From: a virus
Lineage: Duplodnaviria; Caudoviricetes
Length of the DNA stretch: 53,449 bases
IMG/VR virus record: IMGVR_UViG_3300006790_000003
Location: 1-53,449 of that record
Strand: one strand, 5' to 3'
Every line of letters begins with the position of its first letter. Position 1 is the first letter of the stretch. The notes beneath the pieces were generated by a model. The model did not search any database, was not told where the DNA came from, and saw only the letters and a program-made list of their open reading frames with translations. A program made the position numbers and the translations under genes. Below, in pieces: positions 32,370 through 42,374 of the stretch.

Positions 32370-33244
32370 CGTTGAACCCTTTCTGGTCTACGTTGTGATT
32401 GTTGTTGTGGTTCATCAGCTGCTACTGCACCAGTAATACTTCTTAATTCAGCAATAGCACGTTGATAAAAATTTAATGATTGTTGTACTCGTGTATTTGC
32501 TAAACTTAAATCTCCTTGAGATACTGATATAACACTAGCCGCCATTTCTGGGTCTTCATCTTCTAACCAATGGATAGCACTTAAACTTGTTTTACTTGTT
32601 GCATCAGTACTCTTTACCCCACCTTCTAAAATCTTTTCAGCATCAGCTACATTAGACAAACGTAACATATCCAAAGAAGCCGCATATAATATAGCGACAT
32701 TCTCATATTCTGTTAATATCCAAGCATCTGTGTTTTCATCAATAATTGGCGGTGCTGAATAAACAATAACTCCTTTATCACCATTTCCAGCTGTAACTGT
32801 GGTGTCTGCTACCGCCCCTGGTTTTGTATAAACCAAATCTGAAGTAGTATCATTGTAATCAGGGTCTGGTTTAATAAATATCTTTCCACTTAATTTATAA
32901 TACTTAGGAAACATTTTTGTTGGAAAGTTTAAACTATCACTTTCATCAGTTAAATGAATCATTCTATCAGGGATTTCTTGTGCAATTCTTCTTTTTGTTC
33001 CATCATAACGATATACTGCTAATACTTTATCATAAGCAATAGATGAACCATTACCTATAACATTTGTATCTGTGCTATTTACTACATCTCTTCCATATAT
33101 TTCAATTTCAGAAGCAACAGACCATAAAAACTTTTCAGGCAATGATGAAACAATAAATTTTGCACCAGCATTTAAATACTCTACTAAGAAACGAGCTTTG
33201 GATTCGTTCCCAGTGATATTATTTACTTTTTCCCATAATCTCAT
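32366..33244 (-). CDS. Putative head-tail connector/tail tubular protein
   Basis: First gene after the capsid; PKYY...IFIKP and AILYAA motifs. Confidence 0.55.
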   Translation of the reverse strand: MRLWEKVNNITGNESKARFLVEYLNAGAKFIVSSLPEKFLWSVASEIEIYGRDVVNSTDTNVIGNGSSIAYDKVLAVYRYDGTKRRIAQEIPDRMIHLTDESDSLNFPTKMFPKYYKLSGKIFIKPDPDYNDTTSDLVYTKPGAVADTTVTAGNGDKGVIVYSAPPIIDENTDAWILTEYENVAILYAASLDMLRLSNVADAEKILEGGVKSTDATSKTSLSAIHWLEDEDPEMAASVISVSQGDLSLANTRVQQSLNFYQRAIAELRSITGAVAADEPQQQSQRRPERVQR

Positions 33245-33262
33245 AATTCATTCCTTTTCGCA

Positions 33263-33311
33263 GTCCACTCCCCAAAGGGAGAAAGGAGGTAAAGAACCTT
33301 CAGGGAGCGAC
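33263..33311 (-). promoter_or_regulatory. RNA hairpin displaying an anti-SD-like loop
   Basis: About 15-bp stem with G-U pairs on the - strand; loop UUCUUUACCUCCUUUCUC. Confidence 0.65.
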
Positions 33312-33333
33312 CACAAATTACCTACTTAGTACC

Positions 33334-34887
33334 TTAGTACCAAATAGCGTGTGATTCTGGCATCATAAATTCGAAACCAGCCTCAGTTAATATCATATCG
33401 ACTCTTTTATCGATACCTGAGTTCTCTAAAGTTTGAACTCCGACATAGATAGAAGTGTCTCTATTAACCCCATTAGCAACAAGAGGTCTGTATTTAACAT
33501 TGTTCATATTCACAGCTAGGATTTTGACGTGAGAACCATCTAATGCAATACATCTTGATACATTTAAATCACCATATACTGTTGAGATAGTTGTTACATC
33601 TAAGCCCATAACTTTCTTACGTCCAGTTACAGCTAAGTCAGCTCTAAATTGTCCGTCAATGCCAATGTTGTTACCAAAGAATCCACCTAGTTTGTGTAAC
33701 CAAGTGTAAACCTCAGTAGAACATAGGAATACAGTTGCTTTATCGCTATTGTATCTTGGGTCTTGATATTGAGACATATCTTGTAGGAAGTCATCAATTG
33801 ACTTAGCACTTGTCCAAGAGAAGATGTTTCCATAATTCAAGACATAGTCAACCGCACCCTGAGTATGTTGAATCCCAGCAGAATCATTCATTTGAGTTGA
33901 GAATAATCCAGCGTGTTCAATGTCCCATTTGTGTTCAATAAGTTTTTCTTTCCAAACTCTTGCCCACTCATTTGGTTCATATTTAAGAGCTGTTGCTCTA
34001 GCTGTATTAGTCATACCAAATTCAGTTCTGAAAATCTGAGTTTGTCCATAACCAGTTGAATAAGGGTTGTCTTTCCAACTTTTATCTAGAAGTGAAGAAC
34101 CTTCAGCGTAAGATGTACCTACGACCATAGTTCTTTTAGCTTCTAGATTTTCAGCAATGTCTAGATTGTATACTTCACAAACTGGAGCATCACTTGCAAA
34201 GGAAGCCAAATAAAGTGCCGCAGCTGAGTTAGCAGCTTTAAGGACTGTTGCCTCAACTTGCTTCACTTCAGCAGTTGCTGAACCGCCACCACCTGATAGG
34301 TCTGCTGGTTCTTGAGCGCCTACAGAATCAATTCTTACAAGAATGTAATCTGTTACTGCTCCACCGCCATCAGTTGAAGAAACAGGTACTTTAAGAATTT
34401 GATTTGGCATCAAAAACTCAGGAGCTGTTCCTGCATCACCTACGTGAATTTCGGTATTTGAATTTCCTTGAATGTTTTGAATGTTACCTGCTGAGTAGTA
34501 ATCACTAGCAACAAATAAAGAAACACTTTGATTAGCCGCTGTAATAGCTGCAGCACTTGTGTCTACAATATCTGCTGAATCGAATACATCAGCTGTACCA
34601 TTATTAAAACCTACTACATAGACGTATCTTTTCATAAAAGAATGTCTTTTTTCGGTGTATTTGAATTGTGGGTCATCAGTTGGTTTTTTCGCTAAAGTTG
34701 AAACCAATCTGAAGAAAGGTGTCTGAGCTAGAGCTAATTCTGAAAATCTTTCAGAAAAGTCATATCGTCTACGTAAATCTCCAGTATCTAACGCTGAACC
34801 AGCAATTCCGCTAAAACCACCTTGGCTTAATGCTGTACTATCAACAATTGCCAAAGGGCTTGTTTTGGGATAACTTGTATCTGCCAT
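33334..34887 (-). CDS. Major capsid protein
   Basis: Follows portal and scaffold; TPF, TQIFRTEFGMTNTARA, TVYGDL and EAG motifs; strong SD. Confidence 0.85.
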   Translation of the reverse strand: MADTSYPKTSPLAIVDSTALSQGGFSGIAGSALDTGDLRRRYDFSERFSELALAQTPFFRLVSTLAKKPTDDPQFKYTEKRHSFMKRYVYVVGFNNGTADVFDSADIVDTSAAAITAANQSVSLFVASDYYSAGNIQNIQGNSNTEIHVGDAGTAPEFLMPNQILKVPVSSTDGGGAVTDYILVRIDSVGAQEPADLSGGGGSATAEVKQVEATVLKAANSAAALYLASFASDAPVCEVYNLDIAENLEAKRTMVVGTSYAEGSSLLDKSWKDNPYSTGYGQTQIFRTEFGMTNTARATALKYEPNEWARVWKEKLIEHKWDIEHAGLFSTQMNDSAGIQHTQGAVDYVLNYGNIFSWTSAKSIDDFLQDMSQYQDPRYNSDKATVFLCSTEVYTWLHKLGGFFGNNIGIDGQFRADLAVTGRKKVMGLDVTTISTVYGDLNVSRCIALDGSHVKILAVNMNNVKYRPLVANGVNRDTSIYVGVQTLENSGIDKRVDMILTEAGFEFMMPESHAIWY

Positions 34888-34919
34888 TTTTAGTCCCTCC
34901 TAAGGGTATGTTTAGGTTA

Positions 34920-35807
34920 TTATATTATACTATCTAACCCAGTACCTGTCGAAAGCAACTTATCAAAGACGGCATCGTCTACTGATTTTTCTTCTCTTTG
35001 TGCGTTCCCTGATGATGCAATACTTGTTGGCATTTGCCTAACATTCTTCATCTGATTAATTACTTCATTCCTAGTATTATTAGCTACCGCTTGGTCTCTA
35101 TTTTCTCTATTCTTTAAGTAATAAACATCTTCCAAAGTAAGTTTGTGTGATTTTGCATAATCAATTAAATCATCATATTGCTCTTCAGAAACATTGTGTC
35201 TAGTTTTAAACTCTTGTTCCTCGGACGCTTTACGTGATTGTTCTGATTGTTTTTGAGCAAAATCATTCAATCTTCTTTGCACCACTCCATCAACAGTTGC
35301 ATTAAACAACTTTGCTGATTCTGAATTAGGGTCTGACACAGCATCGTCATAATCAAAAACGAAATCTTCGTCTAATCCTAATTGCTCTTTTACACTCGTA
35401 GGTGCTGAGCCACCACCCTGAAAATAACCTCTAACGTGAGAAATTAAATTCGGGTCCTCTTTCATAGCATTTAGTAAAGGCATATAAGGTTCTAACTCTT
35501 TTAAACGAGTGTTAAGTCGTTTAGCTTCACGAGAAGAATCACTATATCTCTTTTCTAAATTTGCTACATCCATTTCTGGATTAGCTACTTGCTCTTGTTG
35601 TTCAGGGTTCCCTTCGGGGGAAGTTGTCTGCGTCTGTTGAGCTGGTTCTGGACTATCTTCGTCCAGGGTTTCACCCATAACTTGTTTGTCAAGCTGAGAA
35701 AAAAAATTTTCTGCAACAGTATCATTACCTTCATCTTGAGGGGCTAATTCTTGTTGTTGCTTTCTTTCCGCATCATCAATCATTAGGTTGTTCTCTATGT
35801 TTTCCAT
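34920..35807 (-). CDS. Capsid scaffolding protein
   Basis: Acidic low-complexity N-terminus, coiled coil (LEKRYSDSSREAKRL), between portal and capsid. Confidence 0.75.
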   Translation of the reverse strand: MENIENNLMIDDAERKQQQELAPQDEGNDTVAENFFSQLDKQVMGETLDEDSPEPAQQTQTTSPEGNPEQQEQVANPEMDVANLEKRYSDSSREAKRLNTRLKELEPYMPLLNAMKEDPNLISHVRGYFQGGGSAPTSVKEQLGLDEDFVFDYDDAVSDPNSESAKLFNATVDGVVQRRLNDFAQKQSEQSRKASEEQEFKTRHNVSEEQYDDLIDYAKSHKLTLEDVYYLKNRENRDQAVANNTRNEVINQMKNVRQMPTSIASSGNAQREEKSVDDAVFDKLLSTGTGLDSII

Positions 35808-35822
35808 ACTGTAAATCTCCTT

Positions 35823-35851
35823 AATTTACTATTATTATTCTGTATTATCAA
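35823..35851 (-). promoter_or_regulatory. Possible sigma70-type promoter for scaffold/capsid
   Basis: TTGATA-N17-TAAATT, but very close to the SD. Confidence 0.4.
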
Positions 35852-38060
35852 CGTTTTTATTTGATAATTCTTTTTCCCTATCTACCATACGTTGTTGCAA
35901 TAGTTTTTGTTGGGCAATAGTCTTCGTAATTTGTGAATCTACTTCTCTACTACCTTCATCTATTTTATTTTGTATTTCAGATTGGATTACTTGTCGTTGT
36001 AGTGTTTCTATAGTACCTTCTTTATCTTTTAATGTTTCAGTCATACTTTCTAGTTGTTGTTGTAATTGACTATATAATGATTTACGTTGTAAGATAGATT
36101 TCTTGTTACGTATATCAGTATGCTCTAACATTGCTATATCATCAATAAGACCAGATTGATACCATTTGAAGTATTCGTCTAATAATGCCCAACGATTAAT
36201 TGGTTGTGTTGCACCAGCTACAATACGAATATCAAATTGAGCAGCGCTATAATCGTTAAAACGTTCTACAACTTCTCCAAAATCATTGTACATAGGAATA
36301 TTAATAGATACTTGTTCTATTTCACCTTGTGTTTGACCAGCTTCTGGTTGTACAATTCTAAACACTTTTTGTGATGTATAGGTAAATTGTGCAATATCTT
36401 TAAATACGTGCCCTAAGTGTTCTAGGGCTGGTTCTACACAATTGTTTACCCATTGTCTAATTCTTCTTGTTCCATATTCATCCATTGCTAACATACCACG
36501 ATAAGTTTCGTGGCTATCTTGACCAACACCTTGCATACTAGATGAAATACCACTAATGTATTCTATATCTGCTTTTCCTTGTTGAGTTACAGTATAGAAC
36601 GCATTGTTAATTGGTAATGGTTGTACTGGTGTAGGCGGAGTAAATCCTTGTCTGAATTTTAACATCGCACCTGGAGCAGATGAATATTTTTCCCACTCTT
36701 CTTCATCTACAGCACCTTCGGTGTATAACCATCTTAGATTACTTGCAAGATTTGCATTATGTAACATAATTTGGTGTGCTTTATTAATTTCTCTTTGTTT
36801 ACCAATCATAGGCAATACCGCACTCATAGGAAATGGAGTATTGGTATGCATATATGGTACTGGAACAATTGGATAATCTTTAATTGGTAATATTGTTTCA
36901 TATAAATACATATCACCAGCACTTGCACACATCTTTACTTGTGTTTTATAAAACTCTACGGCTTCTACTAAGTTTGACCTAAACATAGGACTTTTATTTA
37001 ACTCATTAAATTCAGCTTGAGTCATTACTTGTTGAATAGTTTGTGTTTGAGCTTGAACCATTTGCGCTTCCATTAACGCCATTTGTTCATTTACTTGAGC
37101 CGCCATTTGTTCTTGAGTTTTTTGTAGTTCAAGTTCCATACGCTCTTGAAGCATTTCACCTTGTGCTACAAGTCCAGCTAATTCTGTTTCACGTTCTTTT
37201 AAACGCACTTCATTTTCTTGAGCCATCATTTCAACATTTGCTTTTGCTTGTTGTTTGATAGCTTCTAATTCTTCAGGAGTAGGTGTTTTCTTTGAAAATA
37301 CATTAACAAAAGGTACACGTTCTTTTGTGTACACTTCATAATAATCTAGAATTTCATCTTGTTCCCCTTCTATATCAAATGCTTCTTGTTCGACATCTCC
37401 TGGTTGAATGTTTGTAGATTCGTGAACATCACGCATTGAATAATTTTTTGTTTCAGCATTTCCTGAAGCTCTAACAATTTTACGTTTAAAATCAGGAAAC
37501 ATTTTTGTTAATTGAGTTTTAGGCAAATTCTTTTGTACAATAATATAACTTGCATCTCTATAAAGAAAATCCCTACTCATAGGGTCTACATAGACATCAT
37601 AAGGGTCAATAGTTCTAAATACCACTTCACCCATACCTTTATCAGCATCAGGGTCAATATCTACTCTAAAAAATCCTACCCCTTTAACTAAAGAATCTTG
37701 TATGACATTACCAAATAAACTTTTACCACCAGATAAATGCCAACAATATTCAGAAATCATAGAGTGTACGTGAGCAATATCAGTATCACTACCTTCTGTA
37801 CCTACTGCTTGCCACTTTGGATTGTTTGCTGTAACAAAATATTTCATAATCTCAATCGCTGGTGTAATACGATTGATAATAAAGTCTGGCATACCACCTT
37901 CTTTTAAATCTTCTTGTTCTTCAGCAGTAAGTTGTTCATTTAAATAGAAGTCCATACATTTCTGAGAATCCATAAACCATTTTTTACGATAATAACTATT
38001 CGCTTTTTGAAATAATTCTCTATTTACAAGTGCTTTATTTTTTCTACCTTTTTTAGCCAT
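35835..38060 (-). CDS. Portal protein (P22-like, with helical barrel)
   Basis: FY..EQ, INRI.P, VYVDP, YPIVP, QREINK, FDIRI and C-terminal coiled coil. Confidence 0.88.
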   Translation of the reverse strand: MAKKGRKNKALVNRELFQKANSYYRKKWFMDSQKCMDFYLNEQLTAEEQEDLKEGGMPDFIINRITPAIEIMKYFVTANNPKWQAVGTEGSDTDIAHVHSMISEYCWHLSGGKSLFGNVIQDSLVKGVGFFRVDIDPDADKGMGEVVFRTIDPYDVYVDPMSRDFLYRDASYIIVQKNLPKTQLTKMFPDFKRKIVRASGNAETKNYSMRDVHESTNIQPGDVEQEAFDIEGEQDEILDYYEVYTKERVPFVNVFSKKTPTPEELEAIKQQAKANVEMMAQENEVRLKERETELAGLVAQGEMLQERMELELQKTQEQMAAQVNEQMALMEAQMVQAQTQTIQQVMTQAEFNELNKSPMFRSNLVEAVEFYKTQVKMCASAGDMYLYETILPIKDYPIVPVPYMHTNTPFPMSAVLPMIGKQREINKAHQIMLHNANLASNLRWLYTEGAVDEEEWEKYSSAPGAMLKFRQGFTPPTPVQPLPINNAFYTVTQQGKADIEYISGISSSMQGVGQDSHETYRGMLAMDEYGTRRIRQWVNNCVEPALEHLGHVFKDIAQFTYTSQKVFRIVQPEAGQTQGEIEQVSINIPMYNDFGEVVERFNDYSAAQFDIRIVAGATQPINRWALLDEYFKWYQSGLIDDIAMLEHTDIRNKKSILQRKSLYSQLQQQLESMTETLKDKEGTIETLQRQVIQSEIQNKIDEGSREVDSQITKTIAQQKLLQQRMVDREKELSNKNVDNTE

Positions 38061-38062
38061 TA

Positions 38063-38104
38063 TTATTTCCTTCTAGTTTTACGTCTATTATTTCTTCTAG
38101 GCAT
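38063..38104 (-). CDS. Candidate 13-aa Arg/Lys micropeptide MPRRNNRRKTRRK
   Basis: Stop lies 2 nt before the portal ATG; no clear SD. Confidence 0.35.
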   Translation of the reverse strand: MPRRNNRRKTRRK

Positions 38105-38128
38105 TTATTTTTTTTTATTCTTCGTTAA

Positions 38129-38521
38129 TTAATCTCGTATCTCAAAATGTGGTAAATCATCAAAGTTATTATCTTTTACTTGTGTATCAGAATCCCAATC
38201 TCCACCCCAACGAATGTTATATCCTAATGAAGTAGCAATTCCTTTAACAAATCCAGCAAAATAAGTAAATCGTTCTCTATCTTTCCAGTCTACTGGATAA
38301 GGAGCAACGTCTACAGCTAACGATGGATATTGATTATGTTTTCCTTTTGGATACTTAAGTTTACTAAACCCTTCTTCAAATAATTTGTTCTGTTCTTCTT
38401 CTCCACGATGTCCTTGCAATACAGTACAATCAAAGTCTTCTACAACTTTTTCAAATATCTCGATTAATCTTGGGTCGCAAGTATTTAATCGCAACTTAGA
38501 TGTTTTTCCAAATTCAGCCAT
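38129..38521 (-). CDS. Endolysin, M15 family L-Ala-D-Glu peptidase
   Basis: GHR...Q, KH....AVD, RWGGDW, DLPHFE. Confidence 0.92.
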   Translation of the reverse strand: MAEFGKTSKLRLNTCDPRLIEIFEKVVEDFDCTVLQGHRGEEEQNKLFEEGFSKLKYPKGKHNQYPSLAVDVAPYPVDWKDRERFTYFAGFVKGIATSLGYNIRWGGDWDSDTQVKDNNFDDLPHFEIRD

Positions 38522-39201
38522 TATTTTGTTCTTTTAATTGCATCAAATAAATTGAATGAACCAAGTTTTTTCTTTGCTTTCATAAGCGTATCTTGATAAA
38601 TCTCTTTATTCGTTCTTGCTTCAGGGAATACTTGTTTATATTCTTCGTCTGATAAATTGTTAATACCACTTTGCCATTTTTTGTATAATTCTACATTTCC
38701 GTCTTCTAATAAATGCGCTGGGTATCCTTGTTTTTTTGCATACATAATATTTGAAATATATTGGTCATCAAATCCTTTTTGCATATACTCGTGATATTGT
38801 CTATCAGCTCTTGCAGTTTTTGGACCATAAATTCCATCTACTTTAACATCAAAATTCATATTTTTTAATTTTGTTTGATAATCCATATCTTTTTGATTTT
38901 TTGTATATGGTTGTGCTGCAGTACCCATTTGACTAAAATCTTGCATATATCTAGGAGTTTTCATTGGAGCAACTCTTTGAGGACCAGGGTCTTTAAACGT
39001 CCCATCTTTATTATACTCTACTTTTCCTATAGGTTTTTCTAGTTTTGGCGGAGCAGGGTTTTTAAACGCATTATCTCCAGGACCATCATTCCATTCAATA
39101 GTTCCTAGTGGTTTTTCCATTCTAGGTAAATCTTTTTGTTGTTGTAGTCTTTGTAAAAATGCCTCTCTTGTCTCATTTGGATATTTTTTGTCTTGTGGCA
39201 T
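38521..39201 (-). CDS. Protein with peptidoglycan-binding-like motif
   Basis: Q..L...VDGIYGPKT..A...Y; two short internal EKP.G..E.N repeats. Confidence 0.6.
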   Translation of the reverse strand: MPQDKKYPNETREAFLQRLQQQKDLPRMEKPLGTIEWNDGPGDNAFKNPAPPKLEKPIGKVEYNKDGTFKDPGPQRVAPMKTPRYMQDFSQMGTAAQPYTKNQKDMDYQTKLKNMNFDVKVDGIYGPKTARADRQYHEYMQKGFDDQYISNIMYAKKQGYPAHLLEDGNVELYKKWQSGINNLSDEEYKQVFPEARTNKEIYQDTLMKAKKKLGSFNLFDAIKRTK

Positions 39202-39211
39202 AACTTATTCC

Positions 39212-39427
39212 TTATTTTTTATAAACTTTTTCTGCACCTGCAATACCAAACGAACCTAGAGTAACCCAAACAAACGAATTATAAATATAGTCATTAACCA
39301 TAAGCTCTATACCAATAATACCCATAGCTAAATCTACAATTCCAAATACACACATTAACGCAAACGAAAGAAATCCAATGATATTCTTTTCGTTATATTC
39401 ATTTTTGTCTTTAAATAATTCCCACAT
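39212..39427 (-). CDS. Two-TM membrane protein, possible holin
   Basis: Two hydrophobic helices and a basic C-terminus; TAATG coupling to terL. Confidence 0.65.
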   Translation of the reverse strand: MWELFKDKNEYNEKNIIGFLSFALMCVFGIVDLAMGIIGIELMVNDYIYNSFVWVTLGSFGIAGAEKVYKK

Positions 39428-41001
39428 TATGCTGTTACCCAACTTTTCGCTTTTCTTTTTGGTTTATACCATTTAGGCTTACCACTTGCACCATCTTGTT
39501 TATAATTAGGCGGAAAAGCGTGTAAATTCGCATAATATAAACTCTCAATAGTGTCATCGTGCGCCATTCTTGGTCCAAATGTAATGATTTCGTTAATTAA
39601 ATCAAACATATTTTCTCTTAAATATAAGGAACCTGTACTAAAAATGCCAGATAAACCTGAATAAATTCTATTTCTTTTCTGTTGACCCCCTGGTTTTTCA
39701 GGAATTACGCTAATATCATAACGATTAATTCTCCTCCTTTCGTCATTTAGCGCTTGAAAAATACTTCTATTCATAGCAACATCTTCCACAGTAGCACTTA
39801 CACAATTGTATTTGTTATACAATTCAATGATATAATCTACTACTCCCATTTTATCCATAATACTTCCATCAGGATTTTTTGTACCAATAGTCGGAATACT
39901 GCGATGACGCTCGTATTCTAACACATAGCGATTGTTATTAGTATCTACCGCAATCACCATAATAGCACTAAAGTCTGATTCTTTTGTATTAATATCCGTA
40001 GCAGGGTCGCAGCCAATAAATACATTGACTGGTTTTCTATCTCCGTCCATTACTAGATAACTTTGTTTTTCTTCGGTATTATATTCGTAATACCCTTCCC
40101 AATACTTTAAATGTTTTTGTGTCCAAACAGAATCTTCTTCTGATTGTACTTCCATCATATATTCCTGATAGAATTTTGAAGGTGTACCTGAATCGTGATA
40201 GAATTTTTTCTTTTCTTCTAACTTTGATAAAGGAAACCAACTATCCCACAAGGACGTACCATCGGGTTGAATTGCCTTATACGTAATTACTCTCCACGCA
40301 AAATCTTCTTGCTTTTTCTGACTACGTTCGTAATTAATGATGAGGTTATTGATAAAGCTATCAAAGTGCACAGGAGTACCATTGACCCTAAGACGACCAG
40401 TATGAGGCTCAATAGCAGGATAAACAACAGCAGTAACGAGGTTGCTGTTTTTAGCCCTTGCTTCAGCCGTGATAGTATTTGCTTCGTGTTCAAAGTCGTC
40501 CAAAATGATGAGGTCGTATCTTTTATGTAGTTTACTACCTCCTCTAATACCCGCAACATTCGATTTACTAATAAGTTTACATCCATTTGTTAACTCCACA
40601 TCTTCTTCTGTCCATTTCTTTCCTTTAAGATTCCCAAAATAATATTTGATAGAATCGTTGTACTCAAAATGGTATTTAATATAATCCATATTACCCGTAC
40701 TTAGTTTTTGCGTCGCAGACACCCACGCATAAAATAGCATATCGTCTTTCGGACAAAAACAAAAGTCTTTGATAATAGAGCATTTCGTAAGAACTGTCTT
40801 CCCGTGTCCTCTAGGTAGAATAACCGCTAATTGTTTGACACTACTATCATCAATTGCATCCGCCATTTCATAATGAAACGGAGGAGTTTCACTACGCATA
40901 AAGTCATCGGGAAGAAACAGTTTCCCAAACGCTATTAAGTCTTTACTCGCTAGGAGTAGAGCTTTTTCCGCTTTGCTTACGTTTTTCTTGTTTATGTTCA
41001 T
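39427..41001 (-). CDS. terL: Terminase large subunit
   Basis: PRGHGKT, IRG, IILDD.E, NGTP, FYQEYM, GCDPA, DFSA, HDD..ESL. Confidence 0.95.
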   Translation of the reverse strand: MNINKKNVSKAEKALLLASKDLIAFGKLFLPDDFMRSETPPFHYEMADAIDDSSVKQLAVILPRGHGKTVLTKCSIIKDFCFCPKDDMLFYAWVSATQKLSTGNMDYIKYHFEYNDSIKYYFGNLKGKKWTEEDVELTNGCKLISKSNVAGIRGGSKLHKRYDLIILDDFEHEANTITAEARAKNSNLVTAVVYPAIEPHTGRLRVNGTPVHFDSFINNLIINYERSQKKQEDFAWRVITYKAIQPDGTSLWDSWFPLSKLEEKKKFYHDSGTPSKFYQEYMMEVQSEEDSVWTQKHLKYWEGYYEYNTEEKQSYLVMDGDRKPVNVFIGCDPATDINTKESDFSAIMVIAVDTNNNRYVLEYERHRSIPTIGTKNPDGSIMDKMGVVDYIIELYNKYNCVSATVEDVAMNRSIFQALNDERRRINRYDISVIPEKPGGQQKRNRIYSGLSGIFSTGSLYLRENMFDLINEIITFGPRMAHDDTIESLYYANLHAFPPNYKQDGASGKPKWYKPKRKAKSWVTA

Positions 41002-41188
41002 TTGCTTTTACTTCTTTTTCGATAAATTTGGTTAATTTATCTTGGTCTTTATTCATTCGTATATACTTATCTAACACATCATCTAGCATACGCATATGAT
41101 TTGCAACAAAGTTAATACGATTTTCCAACTCCTTGATAGAACGAACAATATCGTGCTTTGTAAGAGTCGGTTTATTACGTTTTCCCAT
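40943..41188 (-). CDS. Hypothetical basic protein
   Basis: GGAGG SD, operon packing. Confidence 0.7.
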   Translation of the reverse strand: MGKRNKPTLTKHDIVRSIKELENRINFVANHMRMLDDVLDKYIRMNKDQDKLTKFIEKEVKANEHKQEKRKQSGKSSTPSE

Positions 41189-41335
41189 TTATCCTCCTTG
41201 ACCTACATAACGTTTCTTATAATATTTCTTAGACAATTTGTTTCCAAATTTGGTGTTCTTTGATTGTCCTTGTCGTGTTTTTTTCTTTTGCACTTTTCGG
41301 ACTTTCTGAATACCAAATACTTGTCTACGAGCCAT
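41189..41335 (-). CDS. Small basic protein ending KKRYVGQGG (48 aa; not in ORF track)
   Basis: Fills the gap exactly and is coupled at both ends. Confidence 0.7.
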   Translation of the reverse strand: MARRQVFGIQKVRKVQKKKTRQGQSKNTKFGNKLSKKYYKKRYVGQGG

Positions 41336-41487
41336 TATTTTTTAACCTTTTTCTTTGTAGTTCTTTTTTTGGTTGTTTTCTTTTTCTTCGTAGCATACTT
41401 TCTTCTGCTATGACCTGTTTTTAAGTCGTTTCCGTTCATAGTAAACATCTCCACAATTGCTTTTTTTATTTTATTGAAATTAAACAT
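41335..41487 (-). CDS. Small Lys-rich protein (50 aa)
   Basis: Start moved to 41487 (GGGAG SD, TAATG overlap); KKKKTTKKRTTKKKVKK tail. Confidence 0.65.
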   Translation of the reverse strand: MFNFNKIKKAIVEMFTMNGNDLKTGHSRRKYATKKKKTTKKRTTKKKVKK

Positions 41488-42374
41488 TAGTTCTCCCAAC
41501 AGTTTATTTGTTCTTTTGTAAATTCCATTGTAATCCAACCCGTACGCTGAATGCCATAAAATGAGTATCGTGCATAATCTGCATAACGCATAAACGACCC
41601 TCCTCTTACATACCATTTACGTTTAAGTGTTTCTTCTCCGTTATTGTCAATTGTTAACGAATCCATTGGTTTACAATATAGTTGGTGATTATGTCCTAAG
41701 AAAAAGACATCTCCGTCACTATAGACAGATGCCATTTGATTTAATTCATTATCACCATTCTTTGCGCCGCTTTTTCCGTGTCCACTTACTAAAAACCAGT
41801 CTTTACCTTGAATACTAATCTTTGCATACCCTGGTAATCTAAAGTAAGGTACATCCATTTCAGCCGCTAAAGTCTTACAGACATCAAAGTCTAAAATATT
41901 AAAACTACGTAAGTAGTCGTGGTTCCCGCCACGAATAAATAGGCATTTATCCGCAATTGGTTGCACCAATTTTAGAAAGGCGGTGTATTGGTCCTCAGGA
42001 GCCATAGATTGTCCACGCTGATTAATGTTATAATTCGGTGGAATTAGTTCAATCAAATCACCATTACCAAACCATCGTGCATTCGGGTCTTCGTAAATAG
42101 CTTTAATTGCTTGTTGAAACTTCTTTAAATCAAATTCGTTCGCTCCAACGTGTACATCCGTCAACCCGTGAATACGCAACCTCTCATCACTTGACACCTG
42201 AAAGATTTTTCCAGGTTCAATATGTTTAGAGTCATATTCTTTTATATCAGAAGGAATAGGTATTGAAAACCATTTTCCACAAGACTTACAGCTAAATTGT
42301 TGTTTTACTGTTTCTTTGTTTCGTTTTTTCCCTTCTTTTTTGGTGAGCATACTACTACAATGTGGACATATCAT
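41487..42374 (-). CDS. Calcineurin-like metallophosphoesterase with N-terminal Zn ribbon
   Basis: CPHC...CKSC; DVH, GD, GNHD, HG and GHNH motifs; start at MICPHC behind GGAGG. Confidence 0.88.
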   Translation of the reverse strand: MICPHCSSMLTKKEGKKRNKETVKQQFSCKSCGKWFSIPIPSDIKEYDSKHIEPGKIFQVSSDERLRIHGLTDVHVGANEFDLKKFQQAIKAIYEDPNARWFGNGDLIELIPPNYNINQRGQSMAPEDQYTAFLKLVQPIADKCLFIRGGNHDYLRSFNILDFDVCKTLAAEMDVPYFRLPGYAKISIQGKDWFLVSGHGKSGAKNGDNELNQMASVYSDGDVFFLGHNHQLYCKPMDSLTIDNNGEETLKRKWYVRGGSFMRYADYARYSFYGIQRTGWITMEFTKEQINCWEN

